Positions 17,224 to 26,098 of a stretch of DNA of 64,000 nt are shown piece after piece. The notes beneath the pieces were generated by a model, which did no database searches, was not told where the DNA came from, and saw only the letters and a program-made list of their open reading frames with translations. Each line of letters starts with the position of its first letter. Positions within the stretch are counted from its first letter, which is position 1. The stretch comes from an uncultured Actinomycetes bacterium (GTDB lineage: Bacteria; Actinomycetota; Thermoleophilia; Gaiellales; JAICJC01). The translations under genes were made by a program, and so were the position numbers. The stretch covers positions 24,756 through 88,755 of the forward strand of contig CAVTSO010000013.1 of the NCBI GenBank assembly GCA_963737445.1. The letters run 5' to 3'.

Positions 17224-17841
17224 TCACATCCCCGGCTTCCAGTGGAAGGTGAGCCTGACACGGTGGGGATGCAGCCACACATGCGCATACTCGAGGTGCC
17301 GCGCCGATTCCGGCGGTCCTATAAGCAGGTCAAGCACGTAGCGACCGGCTCCCGGCAAGGCGACGTTGTTCCCGTAATGGACACCCATGCTACGCGACAG
17401 CATCGGCCACTGGCGTGCGTCGTAGACGATCCGGTCATCCTGGCGGATGGTCGCCCACACGGTCGCGTAGGGAATCGGCATGCCGGTTCGCGCGTCGGTC
17501 AGCATAACCATCAGGTGCATGCTGGCCTTCGCGGCGGGGTGGATCGTCCGCTCCGACGTCCCGGTCACGACCACGAACGTCGCCGGCGCGGTCGCCCGCG
17601 CCTGGATGCGCATGCCCTGCCATACCGCCTGGCCAAGCGGGACGATCGGCATGGCCGACATCCCATTCGAGCCGCCGGCGCTCGACCCGACACCGGACAT
17701 GCCGGACATGCCGGACATGCCAGCGTTGCCGGATGAGCCCAGCGACGTGTTCCCGGCCGCCGCGCCGCTGCTGCCACATCCTGCGGACAGCGCAAACAGC
17801 ACCGCCACGCACACTTCCCACCGCACGTCATTCCACCGCAT
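17224..17841 (-). CDS. lipoprotein of the P19/FetP/Tp34 periplasmic Fe/Cu-binding family, with a Met/Gly/Ser-rich linker
   Basis: Lipobox LFALSAGC. The core MHLMVMLTDARTGMPIPYATVWATI...MLSRSMGVHYGNNVALPGAGRYVLDLLIGPP resembles the PF10634-type iron transport proteins. Confidence 0.65.
   Translation of the reverse strand: MRWNDVRWEVCVAVLFALSAGCGSSGAAAGNTSLGSSGNAGMSGMSGMSGVGSSAGGSNGMSAMPIVPLGQAVWQGMRIQARATAPATFVVVTGTSERTIHPAAKASMHLMVMLTDARTGMPIPYATVWATIRQDDRIVYDARQWPMLSRSMGVHYGNNVALPGAGRYVLDLLIGPPESARHLEYAHVWLHPHRVRLTFHWKPGM
17693..17719. repeat. perfect 9-bp tandem repeat CCGGACATG x3, encoding (GMS)3 in the P19-like linker
   Basis: Read directly from the sequence. Confidence 0.9.
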
Positions 17842-17943
17842 CGCTCGACCTTTCGCTCGGCCTGGTGTCGATCACGTGGCGCGAATCGCCCAACTCCGGA
17901 CACGACCGTGTATCCGGCCGGCCGTCGCAGGGAAACGCGTGAC

Positions 17944-18522
17944 CTACAAGGAGGGCAGTGGCACCGGCGGGGCACGGCTGCGCGGCCCCCCAGCGGGTGG
18001 TCGCAGCCGGGGCTCGTGAAGACAGGGTGCGCGGCGCGCCGCGCGGGCGCCTAGGAGCAGCGCCAGGGCGCGGGCGACGGCCTGCGCGACCGCATCTGCA
18101 GCCCCGCCCACGATCCGTCCGACCAGCGCGACGACAAGCGCACCGGCGATCGCCAGCAGCAGGTGAAGCGCGAGGCTGCCCGACGACCCGGTGTGCGCCG
18201 ACACCCCCGCCGATAGCAACGCTACGTGCGCACAGGCCTGGCAGGCCAGCATGACCCCGACCAGCGCCGAGAACCGGATCTCCTCTGCGACATCCGCCGG
18301 GCCGGCCGAGAGCGCCCGCTCGACGTCCACGACGCTTCGCCACAAAGTGACCGCAAACCACAGCGCGACCATGAGTGCTGCCAGTGCGAGTACCGCGCCG
18401 ACCGCCGCCGCCGCCAGCCATCTGCGGTCGACGATACCGGCCGGCCCAGCATGAGCGAACACAGCCCCGACCGCCGACAGCCCCACGATCGCGCCCGCCT
18501 GAACGACCCTTATAAGTCGCAT
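17944..18522 (-). CDS. hypothetical integral membrane protein
   Basis: I chose the MRLIRVVQAG start at 18522, because the longer ORF would run into the tRNA-Glu gene. Several hydrophobic helices are present. No family recognised. Confidence 0.4.
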   Translation of the reverse strand: MRLIRVVQAGAIVGLSAVGAVFAHAGPAGIVDRRWLAAAAVGAVLALAALMVALWFAVTLWRSVVDVERALSAGPADVAEEIRFSALVGVMLACQACAHVALLSAGVSAHTGSSGSLALHLLLAIAGALVVALVGRIVGGAADAVAQAVARALALLLGARAARRAPCLHEPRLRPPAGGPRSRAPPVPLPSL

Positions 18523-18690
18523 CACGACGCAGTATGCCACGGGTTCACAGGCCCTCCAAGGTGGGAGCAGAGGCATGGCCGGTCGGTCGCCGGCTCCGGT
18601 AACCGCGCTGAGCGCGGCACCGCCCATCGTCAACTCGTTTACTTTCCATGCGTTCACGACTGAAGGGTTCGTGCGTGTCGTCCGGGGAAG

Positions 18691-18763
18691 TACCCCCAAC
18701 GGGATTCGAACCCGTGTTGCCGCCTTGAAAGGGCGGAGGCCTAGGCCGCTAGCCGATGGGGGC
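18691..18763 (-). tRNA. tRNA-Glu (anticodon UUC)
   Basis: The reverse complement is GCCCCCATCGGCTAGCGGCCTAGGCCTCCGCCCTTTCAAGGCGGCAACACGGGTTCGAATCCCGTTGGGGGTA. It folds into a cloverleaf with a CTTTCAA anticodon loop. CCA is not encoded. Confidence 0.9.
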
Positions 18764-18804
18764 GCGGCTCGCAGGATACGCCAGCCTGGGATCGCCGCGG
18801 ATGG

Positions 18805-18990
18805 TCAGGCCGCGGGGACGGAGCCCGACGCGGCGCGGGCCAGCATCGCTTGGAGCTGGTCCCAGGCGGCCTCTTCGACCGCGGAGTACTCCTCCGGGCC
18901 GGCATGTCGGATCGTGTCGAGGTATCGCTGCCAGGCCGCCTCGGGAGCGACCGGGAAATACCTCAGCGTGTCGAGTGTCTTCTGGTTCAT
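18805..18990 (-). CDS. small hypothetical protein (61 aa)
   Basis: The ATG at 18990 is preceded by GGAGG at proper spacing. It lies between the two tRNA genes. Confidence 0.45.
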   Translation of the reverse strand: MNQKTLDTLRYFPVAPEAAWQRYLDTIRHAGPEEYSAVEEAAWDQLQAMLARAASGSVPAA

Positions 18991-19087
18991 GGTTGCCTCC
19001 ACTCGATACTACGGACGCGAGCGGCCGTCGGTTCGGTTCCCGCCGCCGCGGCACGGCCGTCGCCGGCCGGGCCGTACAATCGCCGTG

Positions 19088-19160
19088 GGGCCGTTAGCTC
19101 AGCTGGTAGAGCAGGGGACTTTTAATCCCAAGGTCGCAGGTTCGATCCCTGCACGGCCCA
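19088..19160 (+). tRNA. tRNA-Lys (anticodon UUU)
   Basis: GGGCCGTTAGCTCAGCTGGTAGAGCAGGGGACTTTTAATCCCAAGGTCGCAGGTTCGATCCCTGCACGGCCCA. Canonical arms are present. CCA is not encoded. Confidence 0.9.
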
Positions 19161-19254
19161 TTTCCCCGCCCGATCAGGTCGAGGCGTAGAGTCCGCGGCA
19201 CCGCGCGGGTCCGGCGCGGAGGCCACCACGGCCGACCCTCCCATACGAACCGGG

Positions 19255-20691
19255 TTGAACAGCTTGAGTGACGACCCTTTCCTCCGGTCATCTTTCCCGC
19301 GTAGTCCGAGCGCCGGTGGGCTGCGACCCGGACGATTGGTCTGGGTTCCTGTGCTCGTCGCGATGCTCGCGCAGGTGCTGTCCGCGGCTGCTGCCGCTGG
19401 GCCCGACCCTGCCGCTACACCGCCGGTGAGTCCGATCCGACACATCGTCGTCATCCTGCAGGAGAACCACAGCTTCGACAATCTTCTCGGCGGCTGGTGT
19501 CACCGGCACCACCGCTGTGATGGCGTTGTGCGAGGGGAGCTCTCGAACGGGAAGCTGATTCCGTTGCGTGAGCCGGCGGATCGGGTCAGCCTCGTGAATC
19601 ACGGTAACCGGGCGCATCGGCGCTCCTGGGACAAGGGGGCGATGGACGGGTTCGATCGAGTGCCGGGTTGCGGTGCAGCGCAACGCTTCCGCTGCTACGT
19701 CCAGTATCTCCCGCGCGACATTCCGAACTTCGCCCGCCTGGCTCGGCATTTTGTGGTGGCCGACCGTGTCTTCGAGTCGGACGGCATCCCGAGCTGGGGG
19801 TCGCATCTCGAGCTCGCCACGGGCGGGGACCTGGACGGTTTCACCGGGCGAAATCCGGTGCACGTTCCCGGCATACCGCGCAACGGGTGGGGCTGCGATT
19901 CGCTGTTGGACGCGCGTTGGCGACCCGCACCGGGGGCCCCCATACAGTCGGAACCATCCTGCATCCCCGATCGAGCAGGCAATGGGCCATACCGCCCGAG
20001 TCCCGTGCAGTGGGTCCCGACGATCATGGATCGGCTCGCCGCTGCCTCGGACAGTTGGAAGCTGTACACGGTGCTGCCGAGCATGGCATCGCAGGGCCTC
20101 CCGATCGGCGGGTACGGCTGGGCGATCTGTCCGACGTTCGCTGATTGTTTGTACACCGGCCAGGCTGCGAACGACGTGCCACTGTTCGACGTCCTCCAGG
20201 ATGCGTCGGCCGGCACCTTGCCGAACTTCGCCATTGTCACCCCGACGTCCAAGCTCTCTCAACACAACGGCTACTCGATGCTCAATGGCGACAACTACGT
20301 CGGCCAGATCATGTCCGCACTCATGGACGGCCCTGAATGGGACTCCACCGCCGTCATCATCACCTACGACGACTACGGCGGCTTCTACGACCATGTGCCA
20401 TCTCCAGATGGAACCGACGCGATCAGGCTGCCGTTCATCATCGTCTCGCCCTGGGCAAAGCCCGGGTACACCGATCACTCATACGGATCACTGGACAGCA
20501 TTGATGCCTTCGTCGAGCACACGTTCGGCCTTCAGCCGCTGACTGCGCGCGATGCCACCGCCTACAACCTCCACCACGCCTTCGACTTCGCACAATCGCC
20601 ACAGCCGGCCGTGCCGATGACACGGACGCCCGTCCCGAGAGCTGAACTCCGCGCCATCCGGCGCCACCCGCCGCCGGCAGACGTCACCTAA
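19255..20691 (+). CDS. secreted phosphoesterase family protein (phospholipase C / AcpA-type acid phosphatase family)
   Basis: Family signature IRHIVVILQENHSFDNLLG and a C-terminal ITYDDYGGFYDHV. A signal-like N-terminus is present. The exact start is uncertain. Confidence 0.8.
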   Translation: MNSLSDDPFLRSSFPRSPSAGGLRPGRLVWVPVLVAMLAQVLSAAAAAGPDPAATPPVSPIRHIVVILQENHSFDNLLGGWCHRHHRCDGVVRGELSNGKLIPLREPADRVSLVNHGNRAHRRSWDKGAMDGFDRVPGCGAAQRFRCYVQYLPRDIPNFARLARHFVVADRVFESDGIPSWGSHLELATGGDLDGFTGRNPVHVPGIPRNGWGCDSLLDARWRPAPGAPIQSEPSCIPDRAGNGPYRPSPVQWVPTIMDRLAAASDSWKLYTVLPSMASQGLPIGGYGWAICPTFADCLYTGQAANDVPLFDVLQDASAGTLPNFAIVTPTSKLSQHNGYSMLNGDNYVGQIMSALMDGPEWDSTAVIITYDDYGGFYDHVPSPDGTDAIRLPFIIVSPWAKPGYTDHSYGSLDSIDAFVEHTFGLQPLTARDATAYNLHHAFDFAQSPQPAVPMTRTPVPRAELRAIRRHPPPADVT

Positions 20692-21002
20692 GGCGGGCAC
20701 GACCGGCCCGCGGGCTGGGGACTGTCGGTGCCCGCCGCCAGCTTGAGCGTCGACGGCGTGGTCGTGGTAAGCCGCAGCGGCTGCGGAACGCACCCAGAGG
20801 ATCGAGCAGGTGCGCCTCGGCCCCACCAGCGGCCTCGTCGGCGGCTCGGCCGGTGTTCTGTACTTCGACGACTTCGTCTCCACCCGCACCGCCACCATCG
20901 GACCCTGACCGCAGCGATCGGGAGAACCGATCCCGCCCCGCTTCCGAATGGGCACGCAAACCGGCGGCAGATGCCGCCCGCAGCCCTCAGAAAGGGGTCA
21001 CG

Positions 21003-21791
21003 ATGACAGACATGATGGATCGGACGCTGACGCGAGCGTCACTAATCCGAGGCGGCGCCGCCGCGGGTGTCGGGCTCGCGGTGGGTGGCCTCACGGGTGT
21101 GGCGCCGTCGTTTGCGTCGGGAGCCACCCAGGGCGACGTCGACATCCTGATCGCCGCCGAGATCGCCGAGGCACTGGCGGTCACGACGTACTCCAACATC
21201 ATCTTCAACGCGCCATTCTTCACGCGCCTTGCGGACGACGATCAGGGGTATCTGCGGGCGGCACGCCAGGAGGAAATGTCGCATTACCTGCTGGAGAAGT
21301 CGGCAACCGGCAAGGACTCGCCGTACACCGCGTTCTTCTATCCGCACCACATGTTCCACAACGCCCGCGTGACGCTCAACACGCTGGTCTCGCTGGAGGA
21401 CGCCTTCATCGCCGCCTACCTGGTCGGCGTCCGTGACTTCTCGAGTGCCGACCTGCGCGTGACCGCCGCTCGCATCATGGGGATCGAGAGCGACCATCGC
21501 ACGCTGGCACGCGTCGTCGCACCCGGCGTCGCGCCCAGGGACCGGGGCCCGATCGAGCGTGTGAAGGGCATCCAGGGCGTCCGCGAGTCCGTCGACCCGC
21601 CCAACAACAACGGCTACGAGCGCACGCTCGGCCTCACCAACATCAGCCAGGCCGTCCACGCGCTGCTCCCGTTCGTCGATGCCTCGGCCGCGGCCAAGGC
21701 CGGGTTCAACACCCGGACGGCGTTCAAGTTCCATCCGTTCACGCCCCACCTGCCCACCCAGCTGGGCGCGTTCCACAGCTTCGCCGGTTGA
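21003..21791 (+). CDS. exported ferritin-like domain protein
   Basis: The ATG at 21003 follows GAAAGGGG. An N-terminal signal-like region is followed by DVDILIAAEIAEALAVTTY...EEMSHYLLEK (Ferritin_2-like di-iron helices). Confidence 0.7.
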   Translation: MTDMMDRTLTRASLIRGGAAAGVGLAVGGLTGVAPSFASGATQGDVDILIAAEIAEALAVTTYSNIIFNAPFFTRLADDDQGYLRAARQEEMSHYLLEKSATGKDSPYTAFFYPHHMFHNARVTLNTLVSLEDAFIAAYLVGVRDFSSADLRVTAARIMGIESDHRTLARVVAPGVAPRDRGPIERVKGIQGVRESVDPPNNNGYERTLGLTNISQAVHALLPFVDASAAAKAGFNTRTAFKFHPFTPHLPTQLGAFHSFAG

Positions 21792-21852
21792 CCCCAGACG
21801 GTGCCGCGGCACGGAGCCTGACACCGTTCCGTGCCGCGGCCCGTCGTTTCGG

Positions 21853-23106
21853 TCAGGGCATCGGCGGCCGGTAGTTCGTCCGGCCCCAGGCGCGGGCTAC
21901 CGTCTTGGGATCGCTCACGCGCACGTAAGACGGGATCGCGTTCAGGATCCGCCGGTAGTCGTTCCAGCAGTACCGCTCCGCATCATCCGTCCAGTGATCC
22001 TTCCAGTGACGCGCGTTGCAGCGCCACTGCCCCTTGCGGTCGCCGGTCACGAACACGTAGCTCTGCAGCGTCAGCCACTGGTTCGGTGCCAGCCGTTGCA
22101 GCGTCTGGATCAGCGCGACCGGCGAATGGTAGGTGGTCGCGGTTTGCAGCTTCGAGCACGGCAGAGCCGGGTCGTTGCAGCGGCCGCCGCCAACCCCGGT
22201 GGTTCGTTGCCAGTGGGGAAATACCATCGCCTGTGCTCGCGTCGTGGGGCCGCCCGCGTAGCGCCTGCCGAACGCGAAGCACTTGGAGACGACGTCGGTC
22301 TCGACCTCTCCGCTCCACTTGTTGTCCGGGTAGGCGAACAACCCGTCCCCGCTCCAATGCCCGTGGCGCTCGAGATCGAGGAGGCTGCCGCAGGTCTCCG
22401 ACCACCGCTGCTTCGGCGTCATCGAAGCAAGATTGGTTGCGAACGAACGGCCGTGCGACACGAACTTCCAGCCGTAGCGGTCGCGCAGCCGTGCCAGATC
22501 GGCCCACGACCCCGTCAGTGTCCGTTTGTAGTGCACGCAGGCGCGGGTCGCGGCGCGTGTGATGCCGGTCTCGACCGAGCCGGTGGCGGCAATGCCGCGG
22601 CGCGCCAGCGCGGGTGCCACCTGCGTGATCAGGTTGACGGAGCCGGTGCGGTCGGGCCGGCAGTCCGAGGCGTTCATGATCTCCGACCGTGAGAACAGCA
22701 GGGTCAGAAACGGCGTCGCTGGGGACGGACGCTGGACGGCGTCGGCGTCGAACACCAGGCGAAACCGTGAGTGCCCGGTCGCCGCGCGCACCCGCAGCCG
22801 GTAGCGGCCGGGCCGGGCCGAGCGCAGCATCAGGTGCTTGGGGTGGGCACGGCTGACGGCCCGCGCCACCGGCACCCACGTGCCGCTGCGGGTGTGCCTG
22901 GCCAGGTACAGCCGCAGGTTGGCGTCTGCGTTCAGCCAGTGCAGCGTGGCCGTGATGTCTCGCGTGCGCTGTGTATGGAACACGGTGTCGGCCCGGCGCG
23001 GTGCGAGCACGGCGGTCGAGTCCACGCGGCCCGTAATCGTCTGCGCCTGGGCGATGCCGGTCCACGCACAGAACAGAACGAGCGCCGCGGCCAACGTGCG
23101 TCTCAT
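21853..23106 (-). CDS. secreted hypothetical protein (N-terminal PPC-like beta domain plus Cys/Trp-rich C-terminal domain)
   Basis: The ATG at 23106 follows GGAGAAGG. Signal peptide MRRTLAAALVLFCAWTGIAQA. I could not assign a family. Confidence 0.65.
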   Translation of the reverse strand: MRRTLAAALVLFCAWTGIAQAQTITGRVDSTAVLAPRRADTVFHTQRTRDITATLHWLNADANLRLYLARHTRSGTWVPVARAVSRAHPKHLMLRSARPGRYRLRVRAATGHSRFRLVFDADAVQRPSPATPFLTLLFSRSEIMNASDCRPDRTGSVNLITQVAPALARRGIAATGSVETGITRAATRACVHYKRTLTGSWADLARLRDRYGWKFVSHGRSFATNLASMTPKQRWSETCGSLLDLERHGHWSGDGLFAYPDNKWSGEVETDVVSKCFAFGRRYAGGPTTRAQAMVFPHWQRTTGVGGGRCNDPALPCSKLQTATTYHSPVALIQTLQRLAPNQWLTLQSYVFVTGDRKGQWRCNARHWKDHWTDDAERYCWNDYRRILNAIPSYVRVSDPKTVARAWGRTNYRPPMP

Positions 23107-23211
23107 GCCTTCTCCTGGGTTCAGCTGTTCGAGCGGGGACACGGAGCGGCCCGCCACGGATGTCCACCCGACGCTAGCAAGACCGCGCGCGCCAGTAAAC
23201 GGTAAAGATCG

Positions 23212-23955
23212 CTATTTCCGGGAATCGCGTTCGCCGACCATCAGCTGCTCGAGCCGCCTGGCCATCCGCGGCCCCGCGGCCGAGTCCTCGTGCTTGAAGT
23301 AGCAGTAGACGTCGCTGCCGTCGTCCAGCGCAGCCTGGATCCGCCCGGCCCACACGTCGAGCTCGGAGTCGCTGTAGGCAGCGCGTCGCAGTCGCAGGTA
23401 TCCGAACGGCTGCCACACCAGCTCGTCCCCGCGGGCAGCGGCGTCGTCTGTGTCGGCAACACAGCGTGCTATCTGCCGCTCGGCCAGGAATGGCCAGGCT
23501 GCACGCCAGCTGGGGTGGCGGAACTCCATCACCGCCCCGATCCCCGGCGGCAGCCCGTCGGCGAGCGCCGCCAGCAGCGGCTCGTCGTACTCCACGGTCG
23601 GCGGGCACTGGAACAGGACCGGTCCCAGCCGGTCTCCGAGCACGGCCGCCTCGTTCATGAACGCGCGCACCTCCCCGGCCACGCCGCGCAGCCGTCGCAC
23701 GTGCGTGATCCGCTGATTGGCCTTGAGGGTGAACCGAAACCCTTCCGGCGTCTGCTGGAGCCACGAGGTGAGCACCTTCTGCGACGGAAACTTGCGGAAC
23801 GTGTAGTTGATCTCGACCGACCGAAAGATCGTTGCATAGTACGACAACATGCGCGAGGCGGGCAGACCCTCCGGGTAGAAGACGCCGTGGCGCCACTCGT
23901 CGTACCCGAACCCGGAGGTGCCGAGGTAGAGCGTTCCGGCCATGGCTGGCATCAT
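23212..23955 (-). CDS. DUF72 family protein (second paralog)
   Basis: GTLYLGTSGFGYDEWRHGVFYPEGL...YYATIFRSVEINYTFRKFP is the typical DUF72 N-terminus. Confidence 0.8.
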   Translation of the reverse strand: MMPAMAGTLYLGTSGFGYDEWRHGVFYPEGLPASRMLSYYATIFRSVEINYTFRKFPSQKVLTSWLQQTPEGFRFTLKANQRITHVRRLRGVAGEVRAFMNEAAVLGDRLGPVLFQCPPTVEYDEPLLAALADGLPPGIGAVMEFRHPSWRAAWPFLAERQIARCVADTDDAAARGDELVWQPFGYLRLRRAAYSDSELDVWAGRIQAALDDGSDVYCYFKHEDSAAGPRMARRLEQLMVGERDSRK

Positions 23956-23963
23956 CCCACCCC

Positions 23964-24608
23964 GTGGCCGCCGATCACGATCATGAGCTGACGCTGCACC
24001 CGGCCGGAGCGACGGCGATGCTGGTGCTCGGGCACGGCGCCGGATCGTCGATGACGTCGCCGTTCCTGACCGGGTTCAGCGAGCAGATCGCCGAGCTGGG
24101 CGTGGCCACGCACCGCTTCGACTTCCCCTACATGCGGGCCGGTCGCCGGGCGCCCGACCGCGCGCCGGTGCTGATCGAGGCCTACCGGGAGGCGTGGTCG
24201 CGGGCGGTCGAGCTGGCGGCGGGGCTGCCGGTGTTCGCGGGCGGGCGCTCGATGGGCGGTCGCATCGCGTCGATGGCGGCAGCCGAGGGCATGCCTGCCG
24301 CAGGGCTCGTGTTCCTGGCCTACCCGCTGCATCCGCCCGGCCGGCCCGAGAAGATCCGCGATGAGCACCTGTACGGCCTGCGGATGCCGATGCTGTTCCT
24401 CCAGGGCACCCGCGACAGCTTCGCGCAGCCGGCCTTGCTGACCGAGGTGCTGGAGCGCCTGGGCTCGCGTGCCGAGCTCGTCTCGATAGAGGGCGGCGAC
24501 CACTCGTTCGCCCGGGCCGGCGCCAGCCGCGACGGGCGCCGCATCGGAGCGTCGCTGGCGCTGCTCGCCGCCGCCTTCGTGGAGCGCGTGGTGGCCGGCT
24601 CGGGCTGA
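23964..24608 (+). CDS. alpha/beta hydrolase (KANL3/Tex30-type, dienelactone-hydrolase-like)
   Basis: LVLGHGAGSSMTSPFL...FAGGRSMGGRIAS (nucleophile elbow)...FLQGTRDSF...GGDHSF. The GTG start at 23964 is tentative. Confidence 0.75.
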   Translation: MAADHDHELTLHPAGATAMLVLGHGAGSSMTSPFLTGFSEQIAELGVATHRFDFPYMRAGRRAPDRAPVLIEAYREAWSRAVELAAGLPVFAGGRSMGGRIASMAAAEGMPAAGLVFLAYPLHPPGRPEKIRDEHLYGLRMPMLFLQGTRDSFAQPALLTEVLERLGSRAELVSIEGGDHSFARAGASRDGRRIGASLALLAAAFVERVVAGSG

Positions 24609-24652
24609 CGGCTACCGGCGGGCGTTCGCCAGGGCTGCGGTACAGTCGGCCG

Positions 24653-26098
24653 ATGTTCAGCCTTGACACCGGCCGCGACGTGCTCACTCCCGACCAGCTC
24701 GACCAGGTGCACGAGCGGGCGATGACGGTGCTTGAGGAGATCGGCACGGACGTGCGCCACCCGGCGGCGCTCGAGATGCTGGCCGGGCTCGGCCAGAAGA
24801 TCGACGGCGAGCGTGTCCACTGGGATCGCGAGTTCGTGATGGAGATGCTGGCCCAGGCGCCGCATGCGTTCACGCTGCGGGGTCGCAACCCCGAGCGGGC
24901 GGTGCGGCTGGGCGACTCGAAGCCGGTGCTGACGCCGGTGGGCGGCTCGCCCTTCTGCTCCGACCTCGAGCGCGGACGCCGGGACGGCACGTACGCCGAC
25001 CACGTCGAGCTGATCAAGATGGCGCAGGCCGCCGACCTGATCACCTGCAACCAGAGCGGCACCGTCGAGGCCGGCGATCTCGATGAGAACAGCCGCCACA
25101 TGGACATGGACTACTCGGTGCTGCGGTACTCCGACAAGCCGCACGTCTGTTACGGCACCTCCGGGCCGAAGGCGCGGGACGCCGTCGCCCTGGCGGCGAT
25201 CGCGTGCGGCGGTCGCGAGGCGATCGAGCAGACGCCGGCGCTGATGGGGATCGTCAATCCCAACAGCCCGCTGGTCTGGGACTTCCTGATGGTGGATGCG
25301 TTGTCGGAATGGGCATCGGCAGGACAGCCCGTGGTGATCACGCCGTTCCTGCTGGCCGGGGCGACAGCGCCGATCACGATCGCCTCCGGGCTGGTGCTGA
25401 AGGTGGCGGAGGCGTTGTCTGGCGTGGCACTGGTGCAGGCGATCCGGCCCGGTACGCCCGCCCTGTTCGGATCGTTCTTCACCGCCGTGGACATGCGCAC
25501 CGGCGGTCCCGCCTTCGGCACGCCTGAGTCGGTGCTGGGGACGCTGGCCGGGGGCCAGCTGGCACGGCGGTACGGCCTGCCCTACCGGGGCGGCGGCGGC
25601 CTCTGCTCGTCGAACTCGCTGGACATGGCGTCGGCGGCGGAGACGGCCATGACGCTGTGGGCGACGATGCTGTCCGGCTCGCACCTGGTGATGCACGCCG
25701 CCGGCTGGCTCGAGGGCGGCCTGACGGCGTCGTACGAGAAGTTCGCGATCGACCTCGAGATGCTGCGGATGTTCGCGATGATCGACGAGGGCATCGACAC
25801 CAGCGAGGAGCGGTTCGCGATCGACGCGATGCGGGAGGAAGGGCCGGGCGGGATGTTCCTGGCCGCCGACCACACGCTCGCGCACTTCCGGGAGTGGATG
25901 TTCATGAGCCCGCTGTTCCGCTCGCAGGCCTACGTGACCTGGCAGAAGCAGGGCTCGGCCACCACCGCCACGCTGGCCACCGCCGAGTGGAAGAAGCTGC
26001 TCGAGAGCTACGTGGATCCCGGCATCGACCCGGCCGTCGACGAGGAGCTGCAGGAGTACATGCAGCGGCGCAGGGCCGAGATTGAGGCGGCCCTCTGA
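24653..26098 (+). CDS. MttB-superfamily methyltransferase, non-pyrrolysine type (paralog 1; glycine betaine/quaternary amine:corrinoid methyltransferase-like)
   Basis: Full-length 481-aa MttB-like sequence with no in-frame stop (...NPNSPLVWDFLMVDAL...GQPVVITPFLLAGATAPIT...FGTPES...). Confidence 0.85.
   Translation: MFSLDTGRDVLTPDQLDQVHERAMTVLEEIGTDVRHPAALEMLAGLGQKIDGERVHWDREFVMEMLAQAPHAFTLRGRNPERAVRLGDSKPVLTPVGGSPFCSDLERGRRDGTYADHVELIKMAQAADLITCNQSGTVEAGDLDENSRHMDMDYSVLRYSDKPHVCYGTSGPKARDAVALAAIACGGREAIEQTPALMGIVNPNSPLVWDFLMVDALSEWASAGQPVVITPFLLAGATAPITIASGLVLKVAEALSGVALVQAIRPGTPALFGSFFTAVDMRTGGPAFGTPESVLGTLAGGQLARRYGLPYRGGGGLCSSNSLDMASAAETAMTLWATMLSGSHLVMHAAGWLEGGLTASYEKFAIDLEMLRMFAMIDEGIDTSEERFAIDAMREEGPGGMFLAADHTLAHFREWMFMSPLFRSQAYVTWQKQGSATTATLATAEWKKLLESYVDPGIDPAVDEELQEYMQRRRAEIEAAL

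Noticed and set aside
18691-23106. Integrated element next to the tRNA-Glu / tRNA-Lys pair
   Set aside because: I found no integrase, excisionase or phage-like genes, and no direct repeat of either tRNA 3' end in the flanking 5 kb. The downstream genes are ordinary secreted enzymes.
24653-26098. In-frame amber (pyrrolysine) codon in the MttB genes (also 31898..33337)
   Set aside because: Both MttB-family ORFs are uninterrupted from start to stop. They are therefore non-Pyl members, and no pyl genes are present in the window.
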